Source: Azolla caroliniana (lineage: Eukaryota; Plantae; Polypodiophyta). From it: DNA of 64,000 nucleotides. The notes under the pieces are model-generated. The model searched no databases, was not told the DNA's origin, and saw only the letters and a list, made by a program, of their open reading frames with translations. The position numbers and the translations under genes were made by a program. Positions 15,770-30,018 of the stretch are shown in pieces (positions within the stretch are counted from its first letter, which is position 1; every line of letters begins with the position of its first letter). The DNA lies in NCBI GenBank assembly GCA_043228905.1, contig JBHGNT010000002.1, positions 5,208,001 through 5,272,000 on the forward strand. Direction: 5' to 3'.

Positions 15770-16897
15770 AAGCTGGAATCTGATCGTAAACTCTGGATAG
15801 TTGACAACAAGCCCATATGTGATCTGGATTGGGATCCACTAGAGGTGTGGTGGCAGAAACCGGGTACAGACAAACTTGAACGGTTTTTCGAGTACACTAC
15901 CAAGCTAGGAAGGCAAATCATTGGCTCTAAATTGATGGGTGTTGGCCTAACTCGCAATAGTTGGAAGGATAAAGGCATTTCTGATGACTGGTTGAAGTCG
16001 TTTTGGAGGAGGCTATGGGCGTTTGATATGCCAGAAAAAATAAAGCTTTGGTTGTGGCTTCTTAGTCACAAAGCGGTGCCGGTGGGGGAGTGGCTTAGGT
16101 GTCGTGGTGGTGAGGCTGGATGCAAAAGTTGTGGACACCCTTTGGAATCAATTCCTCATTGTTTTTGGAACTGCAGCGAGGCTATTAACATTTGGGGTAG
16201 AAGTCTCAGGATAGTGGCAGCATGCGGAGTGAATGGGAGAGTTGTATGGGGGTCCGTACAAGGGCTGAAGTTAACAGGGGAAGGCTGGGCTGAACAGTTA
16301 AATCCCCACGGACATGGTTTTATAGTGCAGGATGGCAAGGTGTTTCAACGGGCTGGAGTTCGACATGGCACTAACTCAGAATTTTTTGAGGAGATATGGA
16401 TGATGGTGTCTTGTTTATCGGTCTGGCACATTTGGACCAATCGTTGTAAATTTGTTTTTCAACAACAAAAGATCCCTAGCGGTGAGGTATTATTAAATAG
16501 CTGGTTTGAGTTGGTATCTTGGCTGCGGGGACGATACGACTCAATCAAGGGGGAATCTGATGCAGCTGAAAGATCTCGATCAAAGTTCTTGCTGAAATGG
16601 GGTAATTCTCCTATGGTGGGCAGATCCTCATAAGGGCCTCAATGGAACTACCAAGCACCCCGATGGTTGTTTCCAGTTTCCAACAACGTCTAGGTGCTGT
16701 AAATCTGTATAGATATGGTACAAATTATTAGGTTATTGGAGTTGTTTGGATACGTTTGTTGAAAATGAGGTGGGGACTATGTCCACTTTGGTGGGAAGGC
16801 CAGAGTGAGGGCTGGTGAGAAGAACTTTGGGTGTTCTATGATGTAATTTTGTTTGCTAACTAATGCGAAGTAGTGTTTTTTTGGAAAAAAAAAAAAC
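15770..16897 (+). mobile_element. 5'-truncated L1-clade LINE (C-terminal zf-RVT region of ORF2) with poly(A) tail
   Basis: KIKLWLWLL..CKSCGHPLESIPHCFWNC zinc finger; poly(A) at about 16885-16896; 13-bp TSD AACAACATAAGGG at 15757-15769 and 16898-16910. Confidence 0.92.
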
Positions 16898-18358
16898 AAC
16901 AACATAAGGGGCATTAATTATAACATTCTTTAGTTGTGGGAAAAACCAAACTCTTTACTTTTGTATTGCATGTAAATTGAATTTCTATGGTTGTAGCCTT
17001 GATGGGCCAACAATAATGTTGGTAAGATTACCATTTTGTTGGGAAGAAAATGGTGAAGTGTCAAATGTTGTAAAACCACTTTTTTGAGTGGGCATGATCA
17101 CAAAATACATGAGTTTTTATGATGAACATATGCCACATCCTTTGATTGTAAAGCGCAAAGCTTAACCACTACACAAGTTCACAAACACATAATGCTTTCA
17201 CATTGAGCAACGTCTTCTTACCTTGGCTAATAGCTTTTGGCATATAACATTCGGTGCGATTGACCTAGGCTCATTGAAACATGTATGTGATAGAAATGGT
17301 ACAATTGAGTTTTTTGGTATAATATTCCATCAAATATTTGATATTTGGATTGTATTATGGTTTTAAGATATTTCATATTGTTTTAGCTTCTACGATTTGA
17401 CATTCAAACCTTGATGGAACCTTGGGTTTATTTTGTCGAGTCCATTATGTGTCATATATTTCGACCCACTTGAATACATATGTAATGGATATGATAGAAT
17501 TGACCTTTGTAGTATATTATTCCATCAATTATTTGAAATATCTGATGTCATTACATATCTATTATATTTTTTGTGAATGACATTGGATGCAAAAGGATTT
17601 AAGGCAATAATATCGATTTCAAGTTTCAATCTTGGTGGTCAAAACTTATTTGTAAAAGCCATGCTTTGATGGCTTTATATTTGTTGCATTGTCTCAAACA
17701 AATGAAATATGAAGAAGTTTTAGAATTAAAACTCATTGCTCATTATTTGAACTATCAATTAACAAAACTTGGTTTGAGCATAAGTTAACAATTAAGTTTG
17801 GTTTGGGTTAGGTTCCAAAGTTGGGAAGAAGTTAAGTTTGGCTTTGAGGGGCTAGCATTTATATTGAACTAACAATTAGTGGTTTATCTAGCTTTGAACA
17901 TGAGGTTTCAATGGTTTAATGTTTACGGGATATTTTTATAATATTGAATAAATGTATAAATTATAAACTATAGCTAGCAATTGACAATTGATTGGTTTGA
18001 AGAAATTGTGGGTTAAAGGCATATAATTCAGTGTTAAACAATTTAGGTTTAAGGTCATATAAATAGTTTAATTTAGGTTTGTAGATCTCTTAAAGAGATC
18101 ATAACAATAGTTTCGTCCTTTGGTTCGGTTCAATTTAGTTTTCAATTTATTTTTTAAATGGTTTCGTTTGACATCACCAAAACAAAATCGTTGGTTGATT
18201 GTTAATTTGATCCCACAACCTTGAGGTTGTTGATTTACAGGATTGACAAATGGAACAACAAGCCAAATCCATGAGTCTGTCTATATGCAACAATTTGCTA
18301 CTTGGAAAGGAGCTTTCTACATTTTATGCGATGTATAAGCAATGGTTCCAAATAGTGC

Positions 18359-21300
18359 TTTTTTTTTCCAAAAACAAAACTACTTCCATTAGTTAAGGCA
18401 ATGTACATAGGATAATATACAAATCATATCTTACATGCCAACTTGCATGTCCAAAAGAAAACAACATGTGTAAAGGAAACAACAAAAAAACTCCAAAACA
18501 CCACATCATTCAATGAGCATAGCATTACTCGATCGCATACCCTTCACGTGAGCCTCATACAACCCGAATTTAGCATAGACATCCTCCAATCTCTTCTCAT
18601 GGCAACACCCATCTATATGTTAGGTACACTCAGAGGGAACAACCACCGTGGTGGTTGATAATTCCACTTCTCTTTGCCATCCACCATCTGCAACATTGGA
18701 GAACCTCTCCATTTAAGAAGGAACCGAGCTCTAGATTCTTCACTTGTGTCTGAGGGCCCTTGAAGGCTTTCAAATGCTCCTCGTAACGTAGTAATAAGAT
18801 TAAACCAGATCATCATTAAACTCTCAACCGGTGGGGTTCGCTTACCTAAGAAAGTCTCCTTGCACCTAGATACCCACACTTGCCAAACTGTAAGGCTGAC
18901 CACTAATAACCATATGTCCACGTACCGTTCTTGTATGTAGAATGAACCTCCTTGCGCTGAAGATTGTATAGTTCCTTGCATCGCCTTTAAAGAATGACTA
19001 TTTCCATTCCAACCTTGAAACCACATAGCCGATTCAGTGGCCAACCAAGTGACTATTGCGCTCGATACATGAACATGAACCCCAAATTGAGCCAAGATTC
19101 TTAAGCTCCTCGTCCAAACTTCTTGGGCTCGTGGGCAGCTCCACAAACAATGTGTGATGTCCTCCAAGCTCGCACCGCAGGCCTTACAACTACTCATGCC
19201 ACCTCTTTTCCCAAGCCACTCTCCCGTTGGAACAACCCGATGCGTGATTAACTAGAAAAACACTATGATCCTCTCACGGAGGGATGAGTTCCATATCCTA
19301 CTCCTGGTTCTATCCACAAAGACCAAATCAACAACTACACGGGCCCATTTTTTGACACACTTCTCACGATGCCAACATAACTTTCTCCCCAAGCGCGTCG
19401 AGTATTCAAAAAAACCTATTGATTTATCTTGTTCTCCATTCCACTTATATTCAACAGGATCCCGTTCTAAGCACTCAAGTGGCTTGCCTTCAACCACGTA
19501 CAGGATCCAATCCTCCTCAACCTCATCGACTGGTGGATTCACCTTCCATTTCGTGTTGTCTCGTGCCACAACTCTAATCAGGCGCCAACTTGCATTTTCA
19601 TCTATTGATCCCAACTGGACGATCTTCCCAGTCTTTCCTAGACCCCTGGCATTGATAATTTTCCCCGGATCATCACATTGTCCAGACCATTCACCCTCTT
19701 CCCCATTATTGAAAGGAACAAAATAGACAATTGTATTGACTAGGTCAAGCATCGGCCTGCCATTTCTGAACTTTCCCAAGTCTTCATATAATTTATCACG
19801 ATTATTGGTGGACAACCGCATCCAATCTGCCGTTGAATGAATCCCGACACAATACAATATAGCCCACAACATATGCTTGCTCTGTCCAAGCATCTTTCCC
19901 TCTGACGATTTTAAGTTCTCGTTCCACAATAGGGGTTGGTGCATCCATTCAACATTAGTACTTTGACCAATCCGACTTAGATGCCCACGGAGCATATTCC
20001 ACGCCTTCATCACTAACATACATGTTTAATAGCCAACCGATTAGATTTCCTTAGCTTTAAGTCCATACAAAATAACATGATTTATGTGGCTTCCATTGCC
20101 CACCAAGTTGTGGACTCCAAAGGACGCTCCTATTATGAATCAATGTTTTCCATAACTCATTACCGGGAAGCAAGCTCCTTACCAATACCTTACATAGCAA
20201 TGCTTGACTCTGCAATCCAGGGTCAATCAATCCTAAACCCCCCTTACTCTTGGGAAGAACCAACGTAGACCATGATACTTTGGCTGTCGTGTTGTCTTTC
20301 CTGATCCCAACCCATAGGAATCCCCTAATACACGCTTTAACCATATGAATAGCTTTCTTGTCAAATATCCACACTGAGACTGCATGCCATAACGTAGACA
20401 AGAGCACATGGTTAGCTACTATGATCCTCCCACCCAATGATAAGTTCATCCCTGACCAGTTGCGTATTTTGTCACAAATTTTACTTTGAATTTGTTGCAA
20501 CTATATTCCTTTGTCAATATCTACACCAATCCACGTTCCCAGATATTTAGTGGCTTCCCCTTTTACAATCCATCTGAATTCAACATTTGGCTTGCATAAA
20601 AGCTCTATGAGATAATCCAAAAACCCTTGGACTTATTCCAATTGATGGAGGCTCCCGATGCTTTTGCAAAAGAGATTGATAGCACTCTGTGCCCTCTCAA
20701 GATTTACTTCATTGCCTTGGAGGTACAACATCTGTTGAGAATCAAGCTCAACTTGTGTGAACATGTGCTTATGAAGAAAAGGACGATGTGTGAAAAAGTG
20801 TGTGAGCACACTTTATTGTAATCCGTGTAGTTGTCGAGTGTTAGTGTGGTCAAAGAATATTAGATATTCTTATGACAAAATCGTACTGAAGTGGATATCT
20901 TGGTGAGATTCCACCAACACATTTAATAGGGCAGTCCCTTGAGGACTTGTATATAAAACCCCCTTTGGCCATTTAGTTTAGTTGATGATCTTTAGATAAT
21001 TAATATAGCTCTCTTAAATGCATACATTGTCATCCCCCTAATGTGTGTTTTCTTATTTTTTCTGGTTATTCTTTGTAATTCCTTCTCTTGCTTATACATT
21101 CACTCACTCTCTCTCTCTCTCTCTCGCACACACACACTACGCTTCTGAATACTAAACTCTACTAGAGTTAGATTCTTTACAACATCGTATCGTCCGCGAA
21201 CTCCGAGTCTAGCAGGGACTTCCTTGAGTTAAGGATCGAAAGACCATGTAGATTTGCCCCCTGACTATTAAAAAAGGCAAACATTGCTTCAGTAATAAAG

Positions 21301-22150
21301 AGGAACAAAAAAGGGGCAAGAGGACAACCCTGTTTGATGGATCTAGTTAGAGAGATTCGAGCTCCTTTCCTCCTTGAAATCAACACCTTACTTGAGCCAT
21401 TCATATACAAGGCTTGGGCAACACACCTCCATTCCCATGGTAGCTCAATGACCTTCATCACTTCTTCAAGGAAACACCATTGCACTCGATCATAGGCTTT
21501 CTCGAAGTCGAGCATCAAACAAGCTAAGTTTTGATTGGTCTCCCTCGCCATTGCAACAACCTCCCAAAACAATATCACGTTGTCCATAATAGATCGATGC
21601 TCCATGAAACTAGTTTGATTGGTCTAGATGATATCTCCTAGAAAGGGCTTGATTCTCTACACTAGTATGTTAGCAAATTTTTTATAAATTAGATTTAAAA
21701 TTGTAATGGGCCTCCATTGTCTAATCTCATACAATGTAGTCTCTGATTTAGGAATCAGGTATATCAAGCATTCAATGAAGCTGCTCAACATCCTTCTCAT
21801 TCTCCACATGTCCTGCAATCCAGCTTCCAAACTTGGAAAAATTTGCTCCCAAAACTCCTTGAAGAAGGCTTTGGGAAGGCCGTCAATAGTAGGACAAGCC
21901 ATACTATGTATCCTGTCTAGCCCCACTACAATCTCTTCCTTCGCTATGGCTTTTGACAACTGCGTTTTAGCTACCTCTCCAATCCTGGTCTTCAAGCATG
22001 CAAGTACATCATGCATCAGGTTACTCAGAGGGCCATTTGTCAACATTGGAGCTAAAAAGGCCTCTATAGTAATTAGTCGCAATTTGCAAGATTTCCTCTT
22101 GATCAGATGCCATCATCCTGATAATGCTTTTGATGTGTAATGCCATTTTA
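18359..22150 (-). mobile_element. Degenerate L1-clade LINE ORF2 (RT to zf-RVT) with poly(A), interrupted by a solo LTR
   Basis: WRPITILN..YK, LDFEKAYDRV, KQGCPLAPFLF, FADDTML, KYLG, PKSKGGLGL and CKAC..EDITHCLWSC. The T-run at 18359-18367 is the tail. Confidence 0.9.
20733..21181. mobile_element. Solo LTR inserted in the LINE RT domain
   Basis: TGTTGAGAATC..GATTCTTTACA termini; 5-bp TSD ACATC at 20728-20732 and 21182-21186; removing it restores ADDTMLYLQG. Confidence 0.9.
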
Positions 22151-22654
22151 CTATACATTTCTTTAGTTGTTGAAGAAATCGAGTCTTGAATAACTTTATG
22201 ACATATAACTATTAACTTTAGTTCCTTAAGCTTTAGATATTGGACACCCATGTTTCCTAATCTTTACCAGCTAATACCACCATATGTATTAGATATGAAT
22301 GATGGCAAGAGTTTCCCTATGTAGCATAATACTCCATCAATGTCATTATTGCTTTTTTTGATGTAGCTTGCAAATGACACTAAAAACATGAGGGTTTCTA
22401 ACAATATTTGTTCTATGAAACCGAGAACTCGAAAATATAGAATTTCTTTAGCTTTTGTGACTAAATGTCCATGTTTTCTAAACTTGATGGCCATCAATGT
22501 CTTTTACCTTGGTTTTTATTTTCGCTAACTGAGTTAAATACACGTAAATAGTTAGCATGCTATCTTTTTCCTTGAATGGAGAGTAGTTAGAATTGTGAAA
22601 CATAAATTAGCAAGGGGTCATTATCATGTGATTAACCTCATTGGACACGATTGT

Positions 22655-22830
22655 TGTATATTGTATTTGGCATTGGATTAACAACCATTTTCATGGGGCC
22701 TTCAACAAGACCATTCTTGTCTTTGAGATTGATATGAAATTGTATATTGTATTTGGCATTGGATTAACGACCATTTTCATGGGGCCTTCAACAAGACCAA
22801 TCTTGTCTTTGAGATTGATATGAAATTGTA
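22655..22830. repeat. Tandem duplication of about 85 bp
   Basis: TTGTATATTGTATTTGGCATTGGATTAAC..GAGATTGATATGAAA occurs twice. Confidence 0.8.
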
Positions 22831-25442
22831 TAGTGTTGTGTTGGCTCTTGGGGCATTGAAATAATCCATCGTGCTCTTTGAAACGGTTGATTTGTTACAA
22901 CATTTTATGGTAGTTCAAAATGTAGTCACGTAGAGTATGTACCTTTAGCATAGCCAATGGTAGATCTTTCACTTTATTTCTCGAGCCTATAGGGAATTGT
23001 CTTGTCAAATACATTGTGTCGCATCAAATCACAAATGAGTTGTTGAAACTCAAAAAGTGTCAACTAAAATTGGTGAGGTGCTTGACGTAGTTCCCTTGAC
23101 ATGAAATTTTTGTTTATTAGATTCCCTTGAAAAATGTGGATGAAAAATCATTGATGGGAACCTCAAAATGATATCACAAATGGGGTTTGCTACCTTTTAG
23201 GGGTGTAAAAATAAAGTGAGACCATAGAAATACCTATATACTAATTTAAAACTACCATCAAGGTAATGTTCTTGTTTCATCAAAGAAAGGACTTGAAATG
23301 TCCTAAAAACTCTCAAAACTTGTATCTATTTTTGCTACATTGGATATCTCAAGGATAAAAAGGTTTGGTTCCTTAAGTTTTTGGGTCTTTCTTTATTACA
23401 TCACGCACATTTTGGAAAAAAGGGCCCGATGGTTCACGTTGGATATGGGCAAATCTTTGGATTTTGCTATTGAACAATTTGTGATTGCGATCGCATTGTC
23501 CAAGATTAACTATTTCATGGAGTTGAGACAAGATTTAGGATGTAGAATTAATTTACCACAATATCTTGATTACTACAAATCCCCATTCAAGTTAAGATAA
23601 TACAAATACCTAAATGAGGAAACAAGACGCAAGGTATTACAATACTCAAAGTGTGATAGTGACTAGATTACAAGAGAAGAACTAGATCTCCTCACAACTA
23701 GCATTGACGAGACACAAATAATTGTGTCTTTAGACTATTTACAAGCCAGAAATAAGATACTAATGATCCAGGAAACGTATGGTGTAAATTTTGCAAGTGC
23801 TTTCCTCAACCATGAGAAATCGTCATGTCAAAATCTTATTTGTTTTGATATCGCACAATTGTAATGTAGTGAGTTATATATATGATAGGTGCAGTAAAAA
23901 ACATTTTAAAGTTTTTCAGGTCTTCTATTTCATTATGAGCTCCGTTGAACCTTGATGTTTGTCTTGTGTGCCCATACTAGCCCCTTTACAACATATATAA
24001 AAAGTGGAAGAGATTATCGTATTGCTTACTAATGTAAAAGGTTATCTATTTTTCTCTTAGATGTACTTGGGAATAAATAAATATAAAAGAAATGTTAAAA
24101 TCGCAACACTAATAGAGTTCAAATCTTTCTTTGTAACAAGACAATGCTTGCCAAAACTATAATGTCAGGCAATGCCTTCATACATCATATATGAGACTAT
24201 AGAGTCTAGACATCCTTTCGAATTATTATAGATAGATTTACTTAGGGCGTGATGGTGTATTGTGGCAATGATTGTGACTTGCACTCTTAAATATTAGAGT
24301 TATGAGCTCAAGTCTTGAGCAAATGAAAACACCTCACATGTCTGATATGTTATGTGTGCGAATATATACGTGTTTGTTTGTATGTGGATTAAAAGCAAAA
24401 GCACAATATGAGACATCCAACCACTTTAAAAAGATAATCTTCTGATGACTAAAATGAAAACAATAGTAGGAAGTGTCAACAAGAGTGGCACGAAACCTTA
24501 AAACATGGTGAAAATGATGATCATGCCTTGTGATGCAAGCATATTTAAAAGCTAAAAGAATAATGCTATTATTGTATCATCCTCACTAATATGCTACATA
24601 TTAAAGGACATGACATTCAATTATATAACGGTGAATGCATTTCATGCTTGTACAATTGTGTACATGCAAAACTTTCTTCAAATAAAAAAACACAAGGTCA
24701 TTATTAGTTAGTTCACAAGGAATGCAATTGGTTCTTTTTACATTTTCTCTGGAAAGGCTGACTATTTATTCCTTGCTAGCGGTGACCTAGGGCACGAGTC
24801 CTATGGCTTAGAGGACATATTGATTACATACAAGTTCCAATTCTTTACACATTTTACCTTTGTCAATTGCATGCCGCACTTAATAGGTATCTCACGACAA
24901 ACAAGTTTCATACATATTTTAAAGAGAATATAGTATAAAACAATTTGTCGCAAATAAAGTTAATCTTGATTACATAATAATTCGGTGTGACAAGAATGTG
25001 ACCCTTTTTCCCCTTGACAATAACGTGCTAGGGAAAAGTTTGTTATTTTGTACGTCATCCTCTTCTTAGTTCATCTTTGCTTTTTTGCAAGGTTCACCAT
25101 ATTTCCTAAAACATTGTCATATGTAATGACATGCCATGTGAAAAGGCTACCGATGCTCACTCACATTTATATAGAAATAAGGCAACAAGGCCTTTATAAT
25201 GTGCATATCTTTTAAGAAAAGTGAGAGCATTGATCAATCCTAAAGAATCTCAACAACTTTAGCTAATGCATATCTTTATATCATGTGGATTACATATATC
25301 GAAGGGATGTATATATTGTGTCATTTGGAGACGTCATTAATTTCAAAGTTCTGCACAAAGCATTACCCATGTCCCATAACTTGTGGTGTTTATTGAGACT
25401 TTATGCAAAGTAGAATTTTAGGAGTCAAGGTATAGTTAACCT

Positions 25443-25898
25443 TGCAGCTAATGATCGACAATGGTTCGGTTTGAGTTGAACCGAACTGTGAAACCCCAGC
25501 TTAACGGTTAAAACGATTTGTTTGGTTCATGTTCAAGTTTTTTTAACGGTTCGGTTTGGGGTGAACAGTTTGACGTCGTAGTTTAAACGGTTAAACGTTT
25601 TGATGGTTTTTAAATCTTTAAAATTAAATTTTGGTTTTTTTAAACAACCTTTTCATTTTAAAGCCTAATTCTCACATTTTAGGGAAAATCTTTAAAATTT
25701 TGAAATAATGAAAATTTTGAAATTTAAAATTTAAAATTTGAATCTTGACTTAAGATGAAAACTGAAACCAAACCACGAAACCACGGTCTAATGGTTTAAC
25801 AGTTTCGATTTTTACCAAACGGTTCGGTTTAAACGATTTCATGGTTCGGTTCGGTTTGGACACTTTTGAACTGAACCGTTGCTGATTGTTACTTGTAG
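25443..25898. mobile_element. Non-autonomous DNA transposon/MITE (hAT-like)
   Basis: Imperfect terminal inverted repeats of about 29 bp, many AACCG/CGGTT subterminal repeats and an AT-rich core. Confidence 0.6.
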
Positions 25899-26248
25899 CT
25901 TTATTTTGAAGTGACAATTAAACAATAAGTTGTTTTCACACTTGTAACTCATTTACACTATATAATGATCATCGGTATCGATTTGCTTATCATATATTTG
26001 TTCGTGCATATAGAATAATGAATCCAAATAACATATTTCATGTCATGAATCTCTATATTTTTCTTTCATAAAAACCAACATTCCTCACTTGTTAAGGGAA
26101 ATCTAACGCCAAATAAAACCTATCACAAGCATTGGTCATCTTGGACAAAATGTGACTGAAAGCATTCATACATGCATAATAGATTGTTAAAACATTTAGA
26201 CAATGTACAATTTGAAAAATCAACACAAACTAGTCTAAGTTAGAATTA

Positions 26249-26612
26249 TAAAAGGTGAGAAATCTAAAATAGGTACCTACAATCTTTGTGTTACAAATCT
26301 CATTTCTTTTATTGCAATTATTAGCTCACCCTATTGGTAAGTTTTTACACTACAAGGCACTATGTCTTGGGTTTGAAGCCAAAATTTACTCAACTGTCTA
26401 TTATATATTTCATACATATCTCTTAATTCACTATAAAAGGTGAGAAATCTAAAATAGATACCTACAATCTTTATGTTACAAATCTTAGTTCTTTTATTAC
26501 AATTAGCTCACCCTATTGGTAAGTTTTTGCACTATAAGACACTATGTCTTGGGTTCGAAACCAAATTTTACTCGCCTCTCTATTATATATTTCATACATC
26601 CCTTAATTCACT
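26249..26612 (+). repeat. Tandem duplication of about 185 bp carrying tRNA-like A/B boxes
   Basis: TATAAAAGGTGAGAAATCTAAAATAG..CCTATTGGTAAG..GGGTT(T/C)GAA.CC occurs twice. Confidence 0.8.
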
Positions 26613-28874
26613 AGATGCCATTGTAGAATGTAGGGGTTGAACCCAAGACCTCTTGGCCTCCATTGGGCAACCTTACCAACAGAGCAACCTTAATTGTGAG
26701 TGAATGAGTAAGTGAGAATGAGAGATTTGTCTTACAACTCTCTCACTCTCACTCACACGCACACACACACTACAAGGTATTCCTTTGTCAACACATATAT
26801 ACACACACATCACAATTTGATTTGTCTGAATACATATATTTCATCATTAGAACCCATAGGAAACATTGTGTGTTAATTTTTTCTCACGGCGATAAACTCA
26901 ATGTACTTATTCTATCTCCATACGTCCAAAGTGTTCAAAAGGAGTACTCTTATAGTCATCGTGATAAGTAACATTCAATATGTCTTTTGTGAACAAGGCT
27001 TCACAACTTCCAACATTATTTATTGGGAAATGAAACTCCAAAATTTAGAATTGTGTATTAAGAAAATGTTATTCTTTTTGTTTGCTTGCTCGTACAGGGC
27101 ATTAGGAATACTTTGTGAGTCGTGACATATGTATCAAATCCAACATTCTTGGTTTAAGTTTTTCGAGGTTGTTCCTTTATAAGAGCATTTCTTGATAGAT
27201 TTGATTGCATGGCATTGTGCTACCAACGTGGCAAAGAAACTACCATGCAAATTATAAATAGATATATGGAGACAAAAAATACACACATACACTTTTGGCA
27301 CTTTAAGTAAATATATATAGTGTTTATAACCATACATGGAATGAGGAACTCAAATAATTGCATATTAATGGTATAAATTTGCAAAATGATAAGACTTGTT
27401 GCAAAACGAAATTGATGATTGTGAAAAATGTTGAGTCTTATGCAAGGACTTGTAATTCTACATTGTTGCTACGTGTGGATCATCCAATGCATGGATGAGC
27501 CATGTCTGCCGCTTGGCAAAAGCCTATCCCATGTCCTCAACCTTAGTTAGACTTTGACCCTTAGCTAATCCCCCTTAAGTCCATCATGTATGAGCACCTA
27601 TACTTGGGTGCCATACTTTTGACTAACATGTCTTGCACCTAAATCCAAGGTAAAAAATGTTAAGTTGTAAATCAAAATGTAAGAGTAGATTCTTTGGCCC
27701 CCGATTCTCTTCTTGTGCTAGGAAGAGGAGCACAACCGAAAAGAGAGCTCAAAACTTGGTTTTAGAGTGTCAATGATAATAATAATAATACCACACATAC
27801 TCTTTTTGTTTTTGAAGATTCAATGTTTGTTATTGTAAAGAAATGAATAAGAGAAAAAGAGGGGATCTCTCACACTCTTAGCTATTGTTACTTGTGTTTT
27901 TAAAATTGTTTTCACTTTTCGTACATTACTTATTACTAGTGAATGCTTTAATGATTCTCATTGTCATTTGTGCCCATGCTTATATTATAAATATATAAAA
28001 TTTGCTACAATGCTTAACAGATGAATCTGATTTCAAAGGTAATCTCGAACAAACATAGAAGTGTAAGAATTGAAGTAAAGATCTAGAGTAATAATACATT
28101 ATGTGTTCATTTTTGTTTGAAAGTTTTACTTAAAGAGGTAAAGTCCGCTTCTTGAAATTGGTAGTTGTAATCATACAAAATGAATGTAACAATACTTTTG
28201 TTTCACACATATCTTGCGAGTGAAGTGTTCATTTTTTTACTTGAGAGGATAAAGACATGTTGCCAATAGCAATAAGAATAATGACATTGAAAACTCCCCT
28301 TCACATTTGATTGTTCTTTTATGATGTCCTAGTCACATCCACAATGCGGTGTTGCTTCTCCCTTTGCCAAACATTTGCAGGGCAACACAAGTTACAACAC
28401 CTTGCACCAATTGGTGAAGGGTTGGTTTATGGACACACAAGGATTTTATAGCTCATAGAGTAGACCATATATGTGTCCATGTTGTTGGACATGAATAATA
28501 TAGCATGTTGCATGCTTTCATCAAACCTAGAACTTTAACTTTGTGTGGCCGAGGTTTGGCACATGTTCTCTTCTCTTTGGGGTGGTCGAAGTAACACCAC
28601 AAATATGATATCTATTCTCTTTGTCAAACATATTTGCTTGATCTCAAATCTAGATTCTTAAATTCGATTGCATGATGCATTCAAATGATGATCACATTTC
28701 CCCTTCTTGCTTTCATTATGTGACGTTTATGTAAGATGTCCTTTTCATATTACATACATCCACACATATACATGCTTGGAATGGACTGCGAAAGGACTGA
28801 GTTCTTGATGATATATGAAATGGGCATGTATTTTCATATCAAAGTAATCATTAGACTCAAGATTGTGGAATAGG

Positions 28875-28954
28875 CAAGGATTTGTATATATTAATCTCAT
28901 ATGTAAGATTTTATAACTAATGGAAGGAGGCTTTATTGGAAAAAGAAAAAGAAA
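28875..28954 (+). mobile_element. Extremely 5'-truncated LINE insertion (about 80 bp)
   Basis: Matches the LINE 3' UTR and A-rich tail; 16-bp TSD AAGATTGTGGAATAGG at 28859-28874 and 28955-28970. Confidence 0.82.
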
Positions 28955-29189
28955 AAGATTGTGGAATAGGAGATGTCAAACCTTTGAAAACATTATTGTG
29001 TATATTAGTTTTTTCCATGTATATTACAAGTTTAGATTTCAGGCTACTTATTTGAAAGTTCAAGTTTCTCAATATTACAAAATTCTCCATATTATTGTAC
29101 TTCTTCCCAACAATATATGTTAAATTGCATCAATAATTTATATCACATAAGTTTGGTCTATGTTTCAATATCATTCTTGAAAGTATTTT

Positions 29190-29816
29190 TATTTTTCCAA
29201 AAAAAAACTCCTTCCATTAGTTATAAAATTTTACAAATGAGACGATTATGTAAAAATCCCTGTAGGGACGCGATAGTTCCATCTTATGTGGATGCCCACT
29301 AACTCAATAAAGGGAGAGGACGACCATGTTATACTAATATAGACGGACAATGTTATACTTCTTTTTTTCTTTTTTTCTTTTCCAAAAAACACTTCTTCCA
29401 TTAGTTATAAAATTTTACAAATGAGATTATTATGTACAAATCCCTGTAGGGACGCGATAGTTCCATCTTATGTGGATGCCCACTGACTCAAGAAAGAGAG
29501 AGGACGACCATTGTTGGATAAAGGCTATTTGTTATCTTTCAACTCCATCGAAGTTGCCCTTGAGGCCATCATATTGGCTCTTTAGAGTGGCTACAATTTC
29601 ACTCCATATCTCTTGCAATAACCTTGTTGGATGTGGGGTTTGGTTGGAGAAGACTCGCCTACATCGTTGTTTCCATAGAATCCAAAGAGTTATTGGGCTG
29701 ACCAATTCTAACACCTCTTGAGATTTGTCATTAAGAGGGGTGGAGTGGACATTGCCGTTGGAGGAGAGAAAGACCTCTTGTGCTTTAATCACCAAAGTCA
29801 TCCCTCTTGAAAGCAT
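29190..29816 (-). mobile_element. L1-like LINE 3' fragment plus a tandem partial copy of its 3' end
   Basis: LWILWKQRCRRVF motif and a shared 3' tail CTAATGGAAG..TTTTTGGA(n) occurring twice (about 29190-29330 and 29360-29720). Confidence 0.8.
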
Positions 29817-30018
29817 TTATATTTCGAAAGTAGCAACATGGCTAAATAAATAGTCAGGTCCATCTTGTGTGTTTAAACAAAAGTTCGGTGTTGTATTATT
29901 ATTGTGGGGATGGGTGCTCTATTAAAGAGTTTCATCAATTTTGCAAGGAATTTATTCGACTTACTCCATTGTTTCAAATTTTAACATTAAGTTAGAAAAA
30001 ACCTACTATTCCCATGAA

